Origin: an uncultured Victivallales bacterium
Lineage (GTDB): Bacteria; Verrucomicrobiota; Kiritimatiellia; UBA8416; CAYSRM01
Direction: 5' to 3'
DNA: 64,000 nucleotides
Assembly (NCBI GenBank): GCA_964475205.1
Contig: CAYYVQ010000008.1
Coordinates: forward strand, 12,038 to 76,037
The translations under genes and the position numbers were made by a program. The notes below the pieces were generated by a model. The model saw only the letters and a list, made by a program, of their open reading frames with translations. It had not been told where the DNA came from and searched no databases. Numbering within the stretch: position 1 is the first letter of the stretch; each line of letters begins with the position of its first letter. Positions 18,207 to 27,585 of this stretch are shown one piece after another.

Positions 18207-18491
18207 ATGAGTATTTTTGAAATAGCAATGCTGGTATGTTTTGGCATTAGCTGGCCTATATCTATAAGGAAAGCTATAAAAACAAAGGTCGTCGAAGGTA
18301 AAAGTCCATTATTTATGACTATTGTATGCCTGGGCTACCTGAGCGGAACCGTTCATAAAGCCTTATATTCGTTTGATCTTGTAATAGCTCTTTACATACT
18401 GAACTTCTTCCTGGTGGCAACTGACCTGTTTCTATATTACCACTATCTTCCGCGACAAAGTGTGGAAACCCGCCAGGGCCGAGCCACATAG
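18207..18491 (+). CDS. Small 3-TM membrane protein of the MtN3/PQ-loop clan (SemiSWEET-like or LAB_N-like)
   Basis: 94 aa. TM1 followed by WPISIRKAIKTK resembles the PQ-loop / LAB_N signature. Confidence 0.4.
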   Translation: MSIFEIAMLVCFGISWPISIRKAIKTKVVEGKSPLFMTIVCLGYLSGTVHKALYSFDLVIALYILNFFLVATDLFLYYHYLPRQSVETRQGRAT

Positions 18492-18551
18492 TTGACCGGA
18501 CGAAAAAGGCAACCCGGGGATATAATCGCGCCGGTAACAATTCAGTCTCTA

Positions 18552-18670
18552 TCCCGCATATCTCACGGAATTTCGCAGCAGCCTGTCCGCCATCTGGCGG
18601 AAGAGCGTGGAGAGTGCTCCTGCGGGGGCGCTATTCTCGCTTGCAGCAGGAATTTTGTGAGATATGCGGG
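18552..18670. repeat. Palindromic terminal-inverted-repeat element, medium copy
   Basis: TCCCGCATATCTCACGGAATTTCGCAG ... CAGGAATTTTGTGAGATATGCGGG. It lies immediately 3' of pdxA. Confidence 0.7.
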
Positions 18671-19669
18671 CTATATGCCTGCAAGCCGAGCGGCCCATAA
18701 TATGCTTTGTGCCATGCTCGCCGAAGAAGCTTTTCCCTGCCATGCTATGTCAAAGGCTGTGCCATGATCCGGAGAAGTCCTCACTATGGGAAGCCCCAGG
18801 GTTACGTTTACGCCTTCTTCAAACGAAATCATCTTGAACGGCGCCAGCCCCTGATCATGGTACATGGCCACGTAAACATCAGTCACCTGCAGCAGCCGGG
18901 GGATGAAGGCCGTGTCCGGGGAAACCGGTCCTCTGACATTAAGGCCCCGCTTTCTTTGATCTTCAACCGCCGGGGCTATAATCTCTTCTTCCTCTACTCC
19001 AAACAGGCCTTGCTCTCCCGCATGGGGATTGAGAGCGCAAACGGTGAGGCGCGGTTTTTTTACACCCAGCGAAATCATGGCGTCATGACTGTGCTTAATC
19101 ACTTCACATATACGCGCTGTGCTCAGTTCCTGAAGAACGTCTTTGTATGCAACGTGGGTAGTTACCAGGCTCACACACATTTTCGGGGAGGCCATCATCA
19201 TACAAACCGAGGGTGAATCCAGAAGCGAAGCCAGCATGTCGGTGTGGCCCGCAAAATTCACGCCCGCACTATGAAATGATTTCTTATTTATAGGGGCCGT
19301 GGAAATTCCTTTAACCCTGCCTTCTACCGCGGCGTCAACCGCGGTTCTTATGTAGGCATAAGCCGCTTTCCCGCAACAGGGATCCATCTTCCCGGCGGTT
19401 ACGCAATCGGCATCCACTGCTCCAATATTCACAATCGCCGGCCCGTCCGGACATTTTTCTTTCCACGACCCGTAATTCATAATCGCGACATCAGGCTCTG
19501 AAATTCCTGCTTGCTTTGCGACTTTGCCAAGAACATCTGCATCGCCGAATACCACTGGGCTGCACCTGGAACAGACAACTTCGTCAGTAAGCATCCGCAG
19601 ACAAAGCTCCGGGCCTATCCCCGCCGGATCCCCCATGGATATGCCTATTCTACCCCTGTTATTGCTCAT
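18671..19669 (-). CDS. pdxA: 4-hydroxythreonine-4-phosphate dehydrogenase
   Basis: GDPAGIGPEL N-terminus and overall PdxA similarity. Confidence 0.85.
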   Translation of the reverse strand: MSNNRGRIGISMGDPAGIGPELCLRMLTDEVVCSRCSPVVFGDADVLGKVAKQAGISEPDVAIMNYGSWKEKCPDGPAIVNIGAVDADCVTAGKMDPCCGKAAYAYIRTAVDAAVEGRVKGISTAPINKKSFHSAGVNFAGHTDMLASLLDSPSVCMMMASPKMCVSLVTTHVAYKDVLQELSTARICEVIKHSHDAMISLGVKKPRLTVCALNPHAGEQGLFGVEEEEIIAPAVEDQRKRGLNVRGPVSPDTAFIPRLLQVTDVYVAMYHDQGLAPFKMISFEEGVNVTLGLPIVRTSPDHGTAFDIAWQGKASSASMAQSILWAARLAGI

Positions 19670-20150
19670 TGTTATCTCTTTCTAGCTTTTCAATCATTAT
19701 CGGATCTTCTTCAATACCACTTTTTTCAGCGCCGCCGATAAACACAGGCCTGAGACTGCCCCAATCAGTTTTTTTCAATATTTGAACATCCTTGAGCGCA
19801 ACAAAAAGAACGATTATGGCTATCAGGGCTATACATAGAGATATCAGAATATGATGCCTGTACATCCAATCGAGAAACGGATGTTCCACGGCCCGCATCA
19901 TCCTGTCTCTGGATTTCCTGGACATATGCCGCGGAATTGATTCGGCCTGTGAAGCGCCTCGAAGAAGGTTGATCGTTTCCTGTAGTTCAACGGCTTCAGC
20001 CTGGCATTTATCGCATTTGCGCAGGTGTTCCCTAATCAGGTCTGATCGCGCTTCTCCGAGGTCCCGGGTAAGGTAATCCATCAGATTGTTCTGGATTTCC
20101 TCGCACCCCGGACGCTGGTATCTTTTCTGGCTATTTTTTTTCGCTGTCAT
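19659..20150 (-). CDS. Membrane-anchored anti-sigma factor (zf-HC2 type)
   Basis: N-terminal C-x-H/C-x3-C zinc-binding motif (CEEIQ...HLRKCDKCQ) and a single TM helix. It overlaps the ECF sigma gene by 20 nt. Confidence 0.65.
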   Translation of the reverse strand: MTAKKNSQKRYQRPGCEEIQNNLMDYLTRDLGEARSDLIREHLRKCDKCQAEAVELQETINLLRGASQAESIPRHMSRKSRDRMMRAVEHPFLDWMYRHHILISLCIALIAIIVLFVALKDVQILKKTDWGSLRPVFIGGAEKSGIEEDPIMIEKLERDNNEQ

Positions 20151-20694
20151 TTCCTGTTTCTTCCGAAAGCAACGCTGCCATTTTTTTCATGGCATAATGC
20201 AATATATAACCCACATTGCTTACCGTAAGACCTGTTATACTGCTTATTTCTTTGTATGACTTCTCTTCGTAAACTTTAAGAACCACAAGCTGCTGTTCGC
20301 GTTCGGAGAGCTTCTTTAGCGCCTGGACGGCATTGGCGGCCGAATCACTGATCCTGAAAGATGCTCCACGGTCAGGCGCTACATAATATTGTTTCTCTTC
20401 GGCATGCCGCTTGTGAAGAGAATGTTTTCGCGTTTCCTTCCTCATGTAATCCACTGTCATGTTGTGAGCAACGCGATAAAGCCAGCCTGAAAGCCTGGGC
20501 GAAGGGGTGAGATCGTCTTCCCATTTTTTATATAGTTTTATAAAGGTCTCCTGTACAATATTTTCCGCTACATCATGATGTGAAACAATTCGTGTCACAT
20601 ATCTCAACAGGGCAGTCTCGTATTCGTTCACGATGTTCTCAAAGTCGGAAATACGCTCACTTGCAGAAGAATTCTGTCTTTTCTTCTTTGTCAT
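20131..20694 (-). CDS. RNA polymerase ECF sigma-70 factor
   Basis: Sigma-70 regions 2 and 4 are present (YLYRVAHNMTVDYMR; helix-turn-helix SYKEISSITGLTVSNV). Confidence 0.85.
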   Translation of the reverse strand: MTKKKRQNSSASERISDFENIVNEYETALLRYVTRIVSHHDVAENIVQETFIKLYKKWEDDLTPSPRLSGWLYRVAHNMTVDYMRKETRKHSLHKRHAEEKQYYVAPDRGASFRISDSAANAVQALKKLSEREQQLVVLKVYEEKSYKEISSITGLTVSNVGYILHYAMKKMAALLSEETGNDSEKK

Positions 20695-20834
20695 GTTCAG
20701 TTAATCATCTTTTATGGTAAAAACGTTTTATGGACTATGTCTATTAGTTCAGATAACCTCATATTTTCAGGATGAGCTTTTTCTCAGATAGTTAACCTGG
20801 ATTATTCAACTTGGCAACCAGGCAAAGTATATTA

Positions 20835-21491
20835 ATGCAGAAGATTCCGATAAAAACAATACAGCATGTGGTATGGGACTGGAACGGAACTCTGCTGGAC
20901 GATGTTTCAGCCTGTGTGATGGCTTTGAACCGAATCCTGGCCCAACGCGGTCTGGGACGTATGAGCATAGAGGACTACCGGTCAGAGTTTGACTTCCCGG
21001 TCAAAGATTTCTATGTAAAACTTGGGCTGGAGCTCAAGCAGGACGCCTGGCACGCGCTTGCCAGCGAATATCATGATTTTTACAACTTTTACTCCGCCGG
21101 TACGCCTTTAAGAACCGGCGCTTTAGATATTCTCAACCATCTCAACTCCCTGGGGATAGAAATGTCGGTTCTATCTGCATGCGAAAGAAATATATTGGGA
21201 ATAATGCTTGAACAAAGAGGACTCAAATCCTATTTCCGGCGGGTCTCCGGTTTGCATAATCTTTACGCTGAATCCAAAATTGACATCGGTAAAGAACTTA
21301 TATCAGATTTCCGGGCGCCTTCTTCAAAGATCGTGCTCGTTGGCGACACAACACATGACTTCGAGGTGGCCAGAGCATTGAACTGCCGTTGTATCCTTGT
21401 TGCGGGCGGACATCAGTCCGACAACAGGCTGGAAAAATGCGGCTGCCCGATTGTGGCAGAACCGGCGGACATAGCCGGCTTGCTGTTGTAA
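20835..21491 (+). CDS. HAD-superfamily hydrolase (phosphatase)
   Basis: DWNGTL is the DxDGT-like motif I. The C-terminal region has a VGD...D motif. The start was moved to the first ATG, because the track ORF begins at TTG. Confidence 0.65.
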   Translation: MQKIPIKTIQHVVWDWNGTLLDDVSACVMALNRILAQRGLGRMSIEDYRSEFDFPVKDFYVKLGLELKQDAWHALASEYHDFYNFYSAGTPLRTGALDILNHLNSLGIEMSVLSACERNILGIMLEQRGLKSYFRRVSGLHNLYAESKIDIGKELISDFRAPSSKIVLVGDTTHDFEVARALNCRCILVAGGHQSDNRLEKCGCPIVAEPADIAGLLL

Positions 21492-21504
21492 TGAAAGGAC
21501 CGGC

Positions 21505-23340
21505 ATGAAAAAAGAACTGAAAGTAACTTTCGAGCCTTCCGGGCGAACAGTTTACGTACTGGAAGGAACAACTCTTCTGGAAGCTGCAGCGCTGGGCGGA
21601 TACATCATAGAAACACCTTGCGGCGGCGCAGGCAAATGCGGAAAATGCCTGGTTAAAATCACCTTTGGGAAATGCCCTGCATCCCAGCCCAACGAGTCTG
21701 TTCTTTCGGATAAACAGATAGATGACGGATACCGTATGGCATGCCAGTGCACTGTCGAAGACAATCTTATTGTTGAAGTACCGGAAAAATCCCTGTTTCA
21801 GTCCGCTCAGAAAATTCTGTCCGAAAGCCTCCAGAGAGAAGGAGAACTGCGTACGGCAGTTGTAAAGAAACCGGTCAGACTGGAAAGGCCCTCGCGGTCT
21901 AATATACTTTCCGATATTGAAAGTCTGAAAAAAAACCTCGGCGAGGCAGAGATCGACCTGGCGGCAACAAGAAAACTTCCCGGCGCTTTGCGGGCAGAGA
22001 ACTATTGCATAACAGCAACCATAGTGGACAACACTGTTATTGATGTCGAACCCGGAGACACATCACAGGAATGTTACGGTGTTGCATTTGACATAGGCAC
22101 CACTACAGTGGTCGGAACCCTGGTAGACATGATCCAGGATAAAGAAATTGCCGTTGCAAGCGCCATAAATCCCCAGACTTCTTTCGGAGACGATGTTGTT
22201 TCCCGGATAAAGAAATGCAGGGAAGAGCCGGACGGACTTGGCGAACTTCAATCGGCAATAATCAACGCTGTGAACGAAATCGTGAACGAACTTGCAGACA
22301 AGGCCGGCATAGAAGGAACCCTGATATGCGAAGGAGTCTTTGCGGGAAATACAACAATGCAGCAGATCCTGTGCGGCATAACGCCTATTGCGCTGGGGGA
22401 AATTCCCTTTGTTCCGGTTTTTCGCGAAGCCCTTGAGACAAACGCCGCAAGCCTCGGCATTGCCATTAACCCCGCAGCCAGGGTTCATGTATTGCCCCAA
22501 ATTGGCGGATTTGTCGGAGGCGATACCGTTGCGGGCATACTGGCCTCGAGACTGGACAAATACAAGCAGCCTGCGCTGCTTATCGATGTTGGAACAAACG
22601 GTGAAATTGTGCTGGCTAACCGCGGACGACTGGTTGCCACATCGGTTGCGGCAGGCCCGGCTTTTGAAGGCGCAAGGATAATAAACGGCATGAGAGCAAC
22701 ATCCGGGGCCATTGAAAAAGTCGTGATGACCGATGATGTGTCGATAAATGTAATCGGAAACTCAACGCCCTCGGGCATATGCGGAACAGGCCTGGTAGAC
22801 GCAACGGCTGAATTGCTGCGTTCAGGTATTCTTGAAAACTCCGGACGCATAAAGAATCCCGAAGAAGCGCCCGAAAATCTCCCGCCGGCTGTCCGTAAAA
22901 GGATCATAAGAAACGGCGACCATTCTGATTTTGTCCTGGTCTGGAAGAAAGAGTCTTCCACCGGACAAAACATCTGCCTCTATCAAAAAGACATCCGGGA
23001 GCTTCAACTGGCCAACGGCGCAATCAGGGCAGGGATAAACATCCTGTTGAAAAAAGAAAACCTTTCAGCCAACGACCTTGGGAAGGTCCTTATAGCCGGA
23101 GCCTTCGGCAATTTCATAAGGCGTCACAACGCCGGCCGCATCGGAATGCTTCCTGACGTGGAGATGGAAAAGATACAGTTCGTCGGAAATACGGCGTCCT
23201 TCGGCGCAAAAAGGGCCCTGCTTTCATTGACGGAACGAGTCCACGCAGGAAACATCCTTAAGATAACCGAACATCTTGACCTGTCCCTGAACCCCGAATT
23301 CCAGATACAGTTTGCAGAAGCAATGATATTCCCAGGCTGA
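21505..23340 (+). CDS. 2Fe-2S ferredoxin domain plus ASKHA (DUF4445) protein, RACo-like reductive activator of corrinoid proteins
   Basis: N-terminal plant-type ferredoxin cysteines (PCGGAGKCGKC...ACQC) followed by a large ASKHA ATPase-like region with Gly-rich phosphate loops (FDIGTTTV, IDVGTNGE). Confidence 0.65.
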   Translation: MKKELKVTFEPSGRTVYVLEGTTLLEAAALGGYIIETPCGGAGKCGKCLVKITFGKCPASQPNESVLSDKQIDDGYRMACQCTVEDNLIVEVPEKSLFQSAQKILSESLQREGELRTAVVKKPVRLERPSRSNILSDIESLKKNLGEAEIDLAATRKLPGALRAENYCITATIVDNTVIDVEPGDTSQECYGVAFDIGTTTVVGTLVDMIQDKEIAVASAINPQTSFGDDVVSRIKKCREEPDGLGELQSAIINAVNEIVNELADKAGIEGTLICEGVFAGNTTMQQILCGITPIALGEIPFVPVFREALETNAASLGIAINPAARVHVLPQIGGFVGGDTVAGILASRLDKYKQPALLIDVGTNGEIVLANRGRLVATSVAAGPAFEGARIINGMRATSGAIEKVVMTDDVSINVIGNSTPSGICGTGLVDATAELLRSGILENSGRIKNPEEAPENLPPAVRKRIIRNGDHSDFVLVWKKESSTGQNICLYQKDIRELQLANGAIRAGINILLKKENLSANDLGKVLIAGAFGNFIRRHNAGRIGMLPDVEMEKIQFVGNTASFGAKRALLSLTERVHAGNILKITEHLDLSLNPEFQIQFAEAMIFPG

Positions 23341-23453
23341 ACAGCCGGCACAAGCCACGCGCCTCGAGGAGGCGCTACTACAGCGCCCGCCATATACTTC
23401 CATTGGCCTGCCATCATTCTATATCCAGCATTCAACCTAGAAACGGCATTTGA

Positions 23454-23585
23454 ACCTGTATACGGCACTTGAAATTCGGGAAGCGATGTATATTATTACA
23501 AATAAGGAGTTTACAATTTATTGCGCCCCCACCCAAAGGGTGCGGGCGAGCTTCCCGAATTTCAAGCCGCAAGGGGTTGCCGATT
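23454..23585. repeat. 132-bp conserved hairpin element, copy 2
   Basis: Identical to copy 1 apart from one mismatch in the leader (ACCTGTATACGG versus ACCTATATACGG). It lies between the convergent RACo-like gene and serA. Confidence 0.8.
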
Positions 23586-23652
23586 TTAAGATCATGCTTT
23601 GCCACCCTGCGGCAGTGAGGAGAGTCCAAAATTGGAACACACAACTCTAAAT

Positions 23653-25235
23653 TTACAGCTTTATGCTGAATGAAGCAAGGGCGTCAATATCCTTTTCTAT
23701 ATCCGCCACCAGCTTATGCGGAACTCGCTGGTTCACTTTCATTATAGCAAGAGAATGGTTTGTTCTCGGATCATGAGGGTTACGAACATCTTCTATGTTT
23801 ATGCCCCCGTCTGCAAGTTTAACGCCTATGTTGCCAAGGACACCGGGACGATCATCATAGAGAAACATCACCGTATTCCCGCTTGGCTCAAACCATAGCT
23901 TGTTGAATTCGTTGATCCTTGAGACTATGATTACACCTTCCGCCACTGTTCCACGCACACTGGCGTGGCGCAACTCGCCGCCCCCCGCCGTGCTGGTCAT
24001 GTCAATTGTAATAGAGTTCTCATATCCTTTGTCCTGGTCCACCTTTCGATCGACATATTCTATTCCCATTTCTTCGAGGTACGGCTTCGCAGCCCTGTGG
24101 TCCATGTGCCTGTCAAAATCCTCGGAAAAACCAGCAATTATCGGCACAAGCAGCCACTCGCCATATGGTTCAAGCGACCCGTAAAAACTCGTCTCCAGAA
24201 GCTTTAACGCTGTATTGTGCCCCACGATGCATCTGCAAAGCTTTGACAGGATATTCGCCAGCGTACAGAAAGTCTCATCAAGCCCCTCGGGAATGCCCCT
24301 GTTGACTATGAAACTGGTTATGCCCTTTTCGTCAAAATCTATGAGTTCCTCCGCTGCTCTTTTTGCGGCCTTGTAGTTGGCTTCGTAAGTGCTGGCTCCC
24401 AGGTGGGGCAACATCAAGTCGGCAATATCCGCAACACTTTTCTTTCCCTCTGCGTCCTTACTGTAAACATCGTTGAGAAAACGAAGCTTCTTTTTTCCCT
24501 TAGCCCTGCGGAGGGCTTCCTCATCAATAATCCCGGCGCGAGCACAGTTGATTATCGTGGCTTTGTCCTTTATCCCGGCAAGGACATCTTCGTTTATCAT
24601 GCCTCGGGTCTCGTCATTTTCGGGCACATGAAGCGTCACATAATCGGACCTCTCAAATAACTCGGAAAGAGAGACAAGCTGTATTCCCTCGTCTCTTGCC
24701 CGTTCTTCTGCAATGACGGGATCGTAACCAAGAAGTTGAACGTCAAAACCGGAAAGTCTTTTACATACCAGCCGCCCTATGTTTCCCAGTCCGACAACGC
24801 CAACTGTCTTTCCGGCTATTTCACGGCCCATATACTGTTTCTTTTCCCATTTGCCTTCCCTGGTAGAAGGATCAGCCTCAATGATGTGGCGTGCATCAGC
24901 CAGCATCATGGCTACAACTTCCTCGGCCACCGCGTTGGAATTTGCTCCCGGCGTATTCATTACATCAATGCCCTTCACACGAGCATGCGTCAAATCTATA
25001 GTATTTACTCCCGAACCTGCCCGCACAATGACTTTCAATTCCGGCAGGGCATCAATAATTTCAGCAGTTATCTTGTTGCTTCGAACCACAAGCGCGTACG
25101 TATCCGGGTGCTGCTTGACAAGCTCGTTCAGCGGGGTAGATTCTTCCTGGATTACTTCGTAGTTACCGTTTTCCTCCAGAAGTTGCCCGGCAACAGGATC
25201 CAGTTTAGTTGGTATAAGCACCTTGCTTTTCATAA
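23653..25235 (-). CDS. serA: D-3-phosphoglycerate dehydrogenase with C-terminal ACT domain
   Basis: NAD-binding GxGxxG (GVVGLGNIG) and a 2-hydroxyacid dehydrogenase catalytic region. The start was chosen at MKSKVLIP because a GGAGAAG Shine-Dalgarno precedes it. Confidence 0.85.
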
Positions 25236-25325
25236 CTTCTCCAATCCAGAGCTTTTTTGTCATTTCAAAAAGCCGTATTTTACAGTCCATCTGCAGATTA
25301 ATCAAGACTTCCTGACTTCTTAACT

Positions 25326-25500
25326 CGCATGCCTCACAGGATTTCTGCTGCAAGGACAAGCCCCTGTGAGAAATGGCTGTTCACTGAAAGAAATCACGAC
25401 GGTCCTGTTCCCGGCTTCTGAATACCTGAATACTTAGCCCGCATATTCCACTGAATTTCGCACGGAGAGCGTGAAGAGTGCTCCTGCGGCGTTGGTTGCC
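25326..25500. repeat. Degenerate composite copy of the palindromic terminal-inverted-repeat element
   Basis: CCTCACAGGATTTC...CCTGTGAGAAATGG forms a mini-hairpin. It is followed by CCCGCATATTCCACTGAATTTCGCAC...GTGCTCCTGCGG, which matches the interior of the 18552 copy. Confidence 0.5.
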
Positions 25501-25581
25501 GCCAAAGGCCGCCTTGTGTTTCATCAAATGGCTTCGAGTTATTCTTGTGCAATCAGACGACAATAATGTAAAGTTTTCAGT

Positions 25582-26583
25582 ATGCGATTGTTGTTGTTAA
25601 TTTTATGCCTGTTTTCACTTGCGCCCGCTTATGCGCAGGTCGAGGAAGAAGACAACGGGGTTCTATGGGAAGAAACCCGTATTCAAGCGGCAGAAAAAAG
25701 GGAGCCGGGGTTTTTCAAACGCCCGGCTAAGAAAAATTCCGTATCCCAGCTCAACTACGCAAAAAACCTGCTTGAAAAAGGCAGAACCCGCAAGGCAAGG
25801 CGAGCATTTCTTAGACTCACGTATCAATGGCCCGATTCTGATGAAGCCCCGAAAGCACAGTATGAATACGCAAAGCTCCTTATGCAGAACGGCGCCTATA
25901 TGCAGGCTTTCAAGGAATTTCAATACCTGATCAAACATTATCCCGGCGAGTTTCCATACAATAAAACACTGGACTACCAGTTTAAGATCGCCAATCAAGT
26001 CAGGACGGAACGATGGGGCGACATACTTTTTCTCCCTGGTTTCTCAACTGCAGAACGTTCGCTGCCATTATACAGACAGATAGCCCAAAACGGTCCCAGC
26101 TGGGAGAAAACCCCTGAAATCTGGTTCTATATCGGCAGTGTGTACGAACAAACTCACGAATATGCACAAGCAATAGACGCATATGAAAAAATCATATACA
26201 GAAACCCGGAAAGCAACGATGTCGCACAACGCGCAGCCTACAGACGGCTTCACTGCTTCTACGCCATGGTTAAACGCCGGCCCCGCGATGAAAACATCTA
26301 TCAACGCGCAATATCTTCCCATTTCCGGTTCCTCGAAAAATATCCGGACCACGAAAGAGCCAATCATGCCCGGAAAATGTTATCCGGGCTGAAACAGGAA
26401 CTCGAAGACATACATTATCGACAAGCGGTGTTTTATGATCGCAATACCGGCAAGGTTAAAGCTGCACTGATATCTTACCGGGATTTTTTGAAAAAATTCC
26501 CGTCATCAAAAAGAGCGCCGCAAATTAAAGCGCGCATCGAAGAACTTTCTGCTATCGCAAATCAAGAAGGCAAGGAACAATAG
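25582..26583 (+). CDS. TPR-repeat lipoprotein, BamD/ComL-like outer-membrane assembly factor
   Basis: Signal peptide and a TPR-like helical composition, upstream of the LptE-like gene. Family assignment is tentative. Confidence 0.45.
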   Translation: MRLLLLILCLFSLAPAYAQVEEEDNGVLWEETRIQAAEKREPGFFKRPAKKNSVSQLNYAKNLLEKGRTRKARRAFLRLTYQWPDSDEAPKAQYEYAKLLMQNGAYMQAFKEFQYLIKHYPGEFPYNKTLDYQFKIANQVRTERWGDILFLPGFSTAERSLPLYRQIAQNGPSWEKTPEIWFYIGSVYEQTHEYAQAIDAYEKIIYRNPESNDVAQRAAYRRLHCFYAMVKRRPRDENIYQRAISSHFRFLEKYPDHERANHARKMLSGLKQELEDIHYRQAVFYDRNTGKVKAALISYRDFLKKFPSSKRAPQIKARIEELSAIANQEGKEQ

Positions 26584-26591
26584 GTGCGGCT

Positions 26592-27137
26592 ATGAAAAGA
26601 AATATCACTGCCCGGAAATACTTCTTGATAAATTTCAATCGTGCCCTTTTGATGACATTTTGTGTCGCCCTGGCAGGGATGCTCTCCGGATGCGGCTACC
26701 GGTTCGGAACATCTCTTCCGCCGGGAATCCGTACCGTGCACATAAAGCCCTTTGCCAACCGGAGCGAGGAACCAGACCTGGAAAATACCGCTACCAGGGC
26801 AACGATAAGCGAGTTTATCAGGGACGGCACACTGCAGGTTGTTGATGCCTCAAGCGCAGATGTAGTCCTTCATGGCGCCGTTACAGAATACAGCCTTGCC
26901 GCCCTGCTTTACGACGAGGATACTTCCGCAACTCCCGAAGAATACAGGCTGATTCTGACCGCTCAGATTAAACTGGTCGACAAGTCAACCGAAGAGACAA
27001 TGCTTGAGACAACCATAAACGGCGACGCTGATTTCTTTATCGGCGCGGACCTTACTTCGGCAAAGAGTGAAGCGCTTCCTGAAGCCGCCGATGACCTGGC
27101 CCGTAACATTGTCGACGCCGTGGTGGAGTACTGGTAG
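26592..27137 (+). CDS. LptE-like lipoprotein
   Basis: Lipobox LSGC. Its size and position next to the BamD-like gene fit LptE. Weak call. Confidence 0.35.
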   Translation: MKRNITARKYFLINFNRALLMTFCVALAGMLSGCGYRFGTSLPPGIRTVHIKPFANRSEEPDLENTATRATISEFIRDGTLQVVDASSADVVLHGAVTEYSLAALLYDEDTSATPEEYRLILTAQIKLVDKSTEETMLETTINGDADFFIGADLTSAKSEALPEAADDLARNIVDAVVEYW

Positions 27138-27142
27138 CTGCT

Positions 27143-27406
27143 TCAGGCTGCGTTGCTTAACTTTTTTGATGCCCGCGACTTGCGTCTTGCTGCTGAATTG
27201 GCCTTGACTGCGCCTTTCTTAACCGCCTTATCTACAATACTACACAATTCCCTGTACGCGCTGCCGCGCTCTTCTTCGGAGCCGCCCTCAAGCGTGGCGT
27301 CAAAATTTTTTATTGCCGTTCTAACCCTGTGCCGTACCGCCTTGTTGCGGTCGTGCTTTTCCATGGATGTCCGCATTCTTTTTGCTGCGCTTTTATTGTT
27401 TGGCAT
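27143..27406 (-). CDS. rpsT: 30S ribosomal protein S20
   Basis: 87 aa. The KSAAKRMRTS...ARRKSRASKKL pattern is typical of S20. Confidence 0.9.
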   Translation of the reverse strand: MPNNKSAAKRMRTSMEKHDRNKAVRHRVRTAIKNFDATLEGGSEEERGSAYRELCSIVDKAVKKGAVKANSAARRKSRASKKLSNAA

Positions 27407-27585
27407 ATATATCCAACCTCCCTAATTGTTCAAGCCATTGAATAGTAGCTATGTTTGAAGATGAATCAATGCAAAAATATGATATTCTCTGAAAAATACG
27501 CCGGGTAGCTGCTTTGCCCTTTAACCATAACTCAGCCGTTTCCTTCAGACCACCGCGCCTCAGGCAGGGCTGCCTGCGGCGGGAA

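Noticed and set aside
20695-20834. An ECF-type autoregulatory promoter (GGAAC-N16-CGTT) upstream of the sigma factor gene
   Set aside because: A CGTT is present, but the nearest GAAC is 21 nt upstream rather than 16-17 nt. That is not convincing without alignment to orthologous regions.
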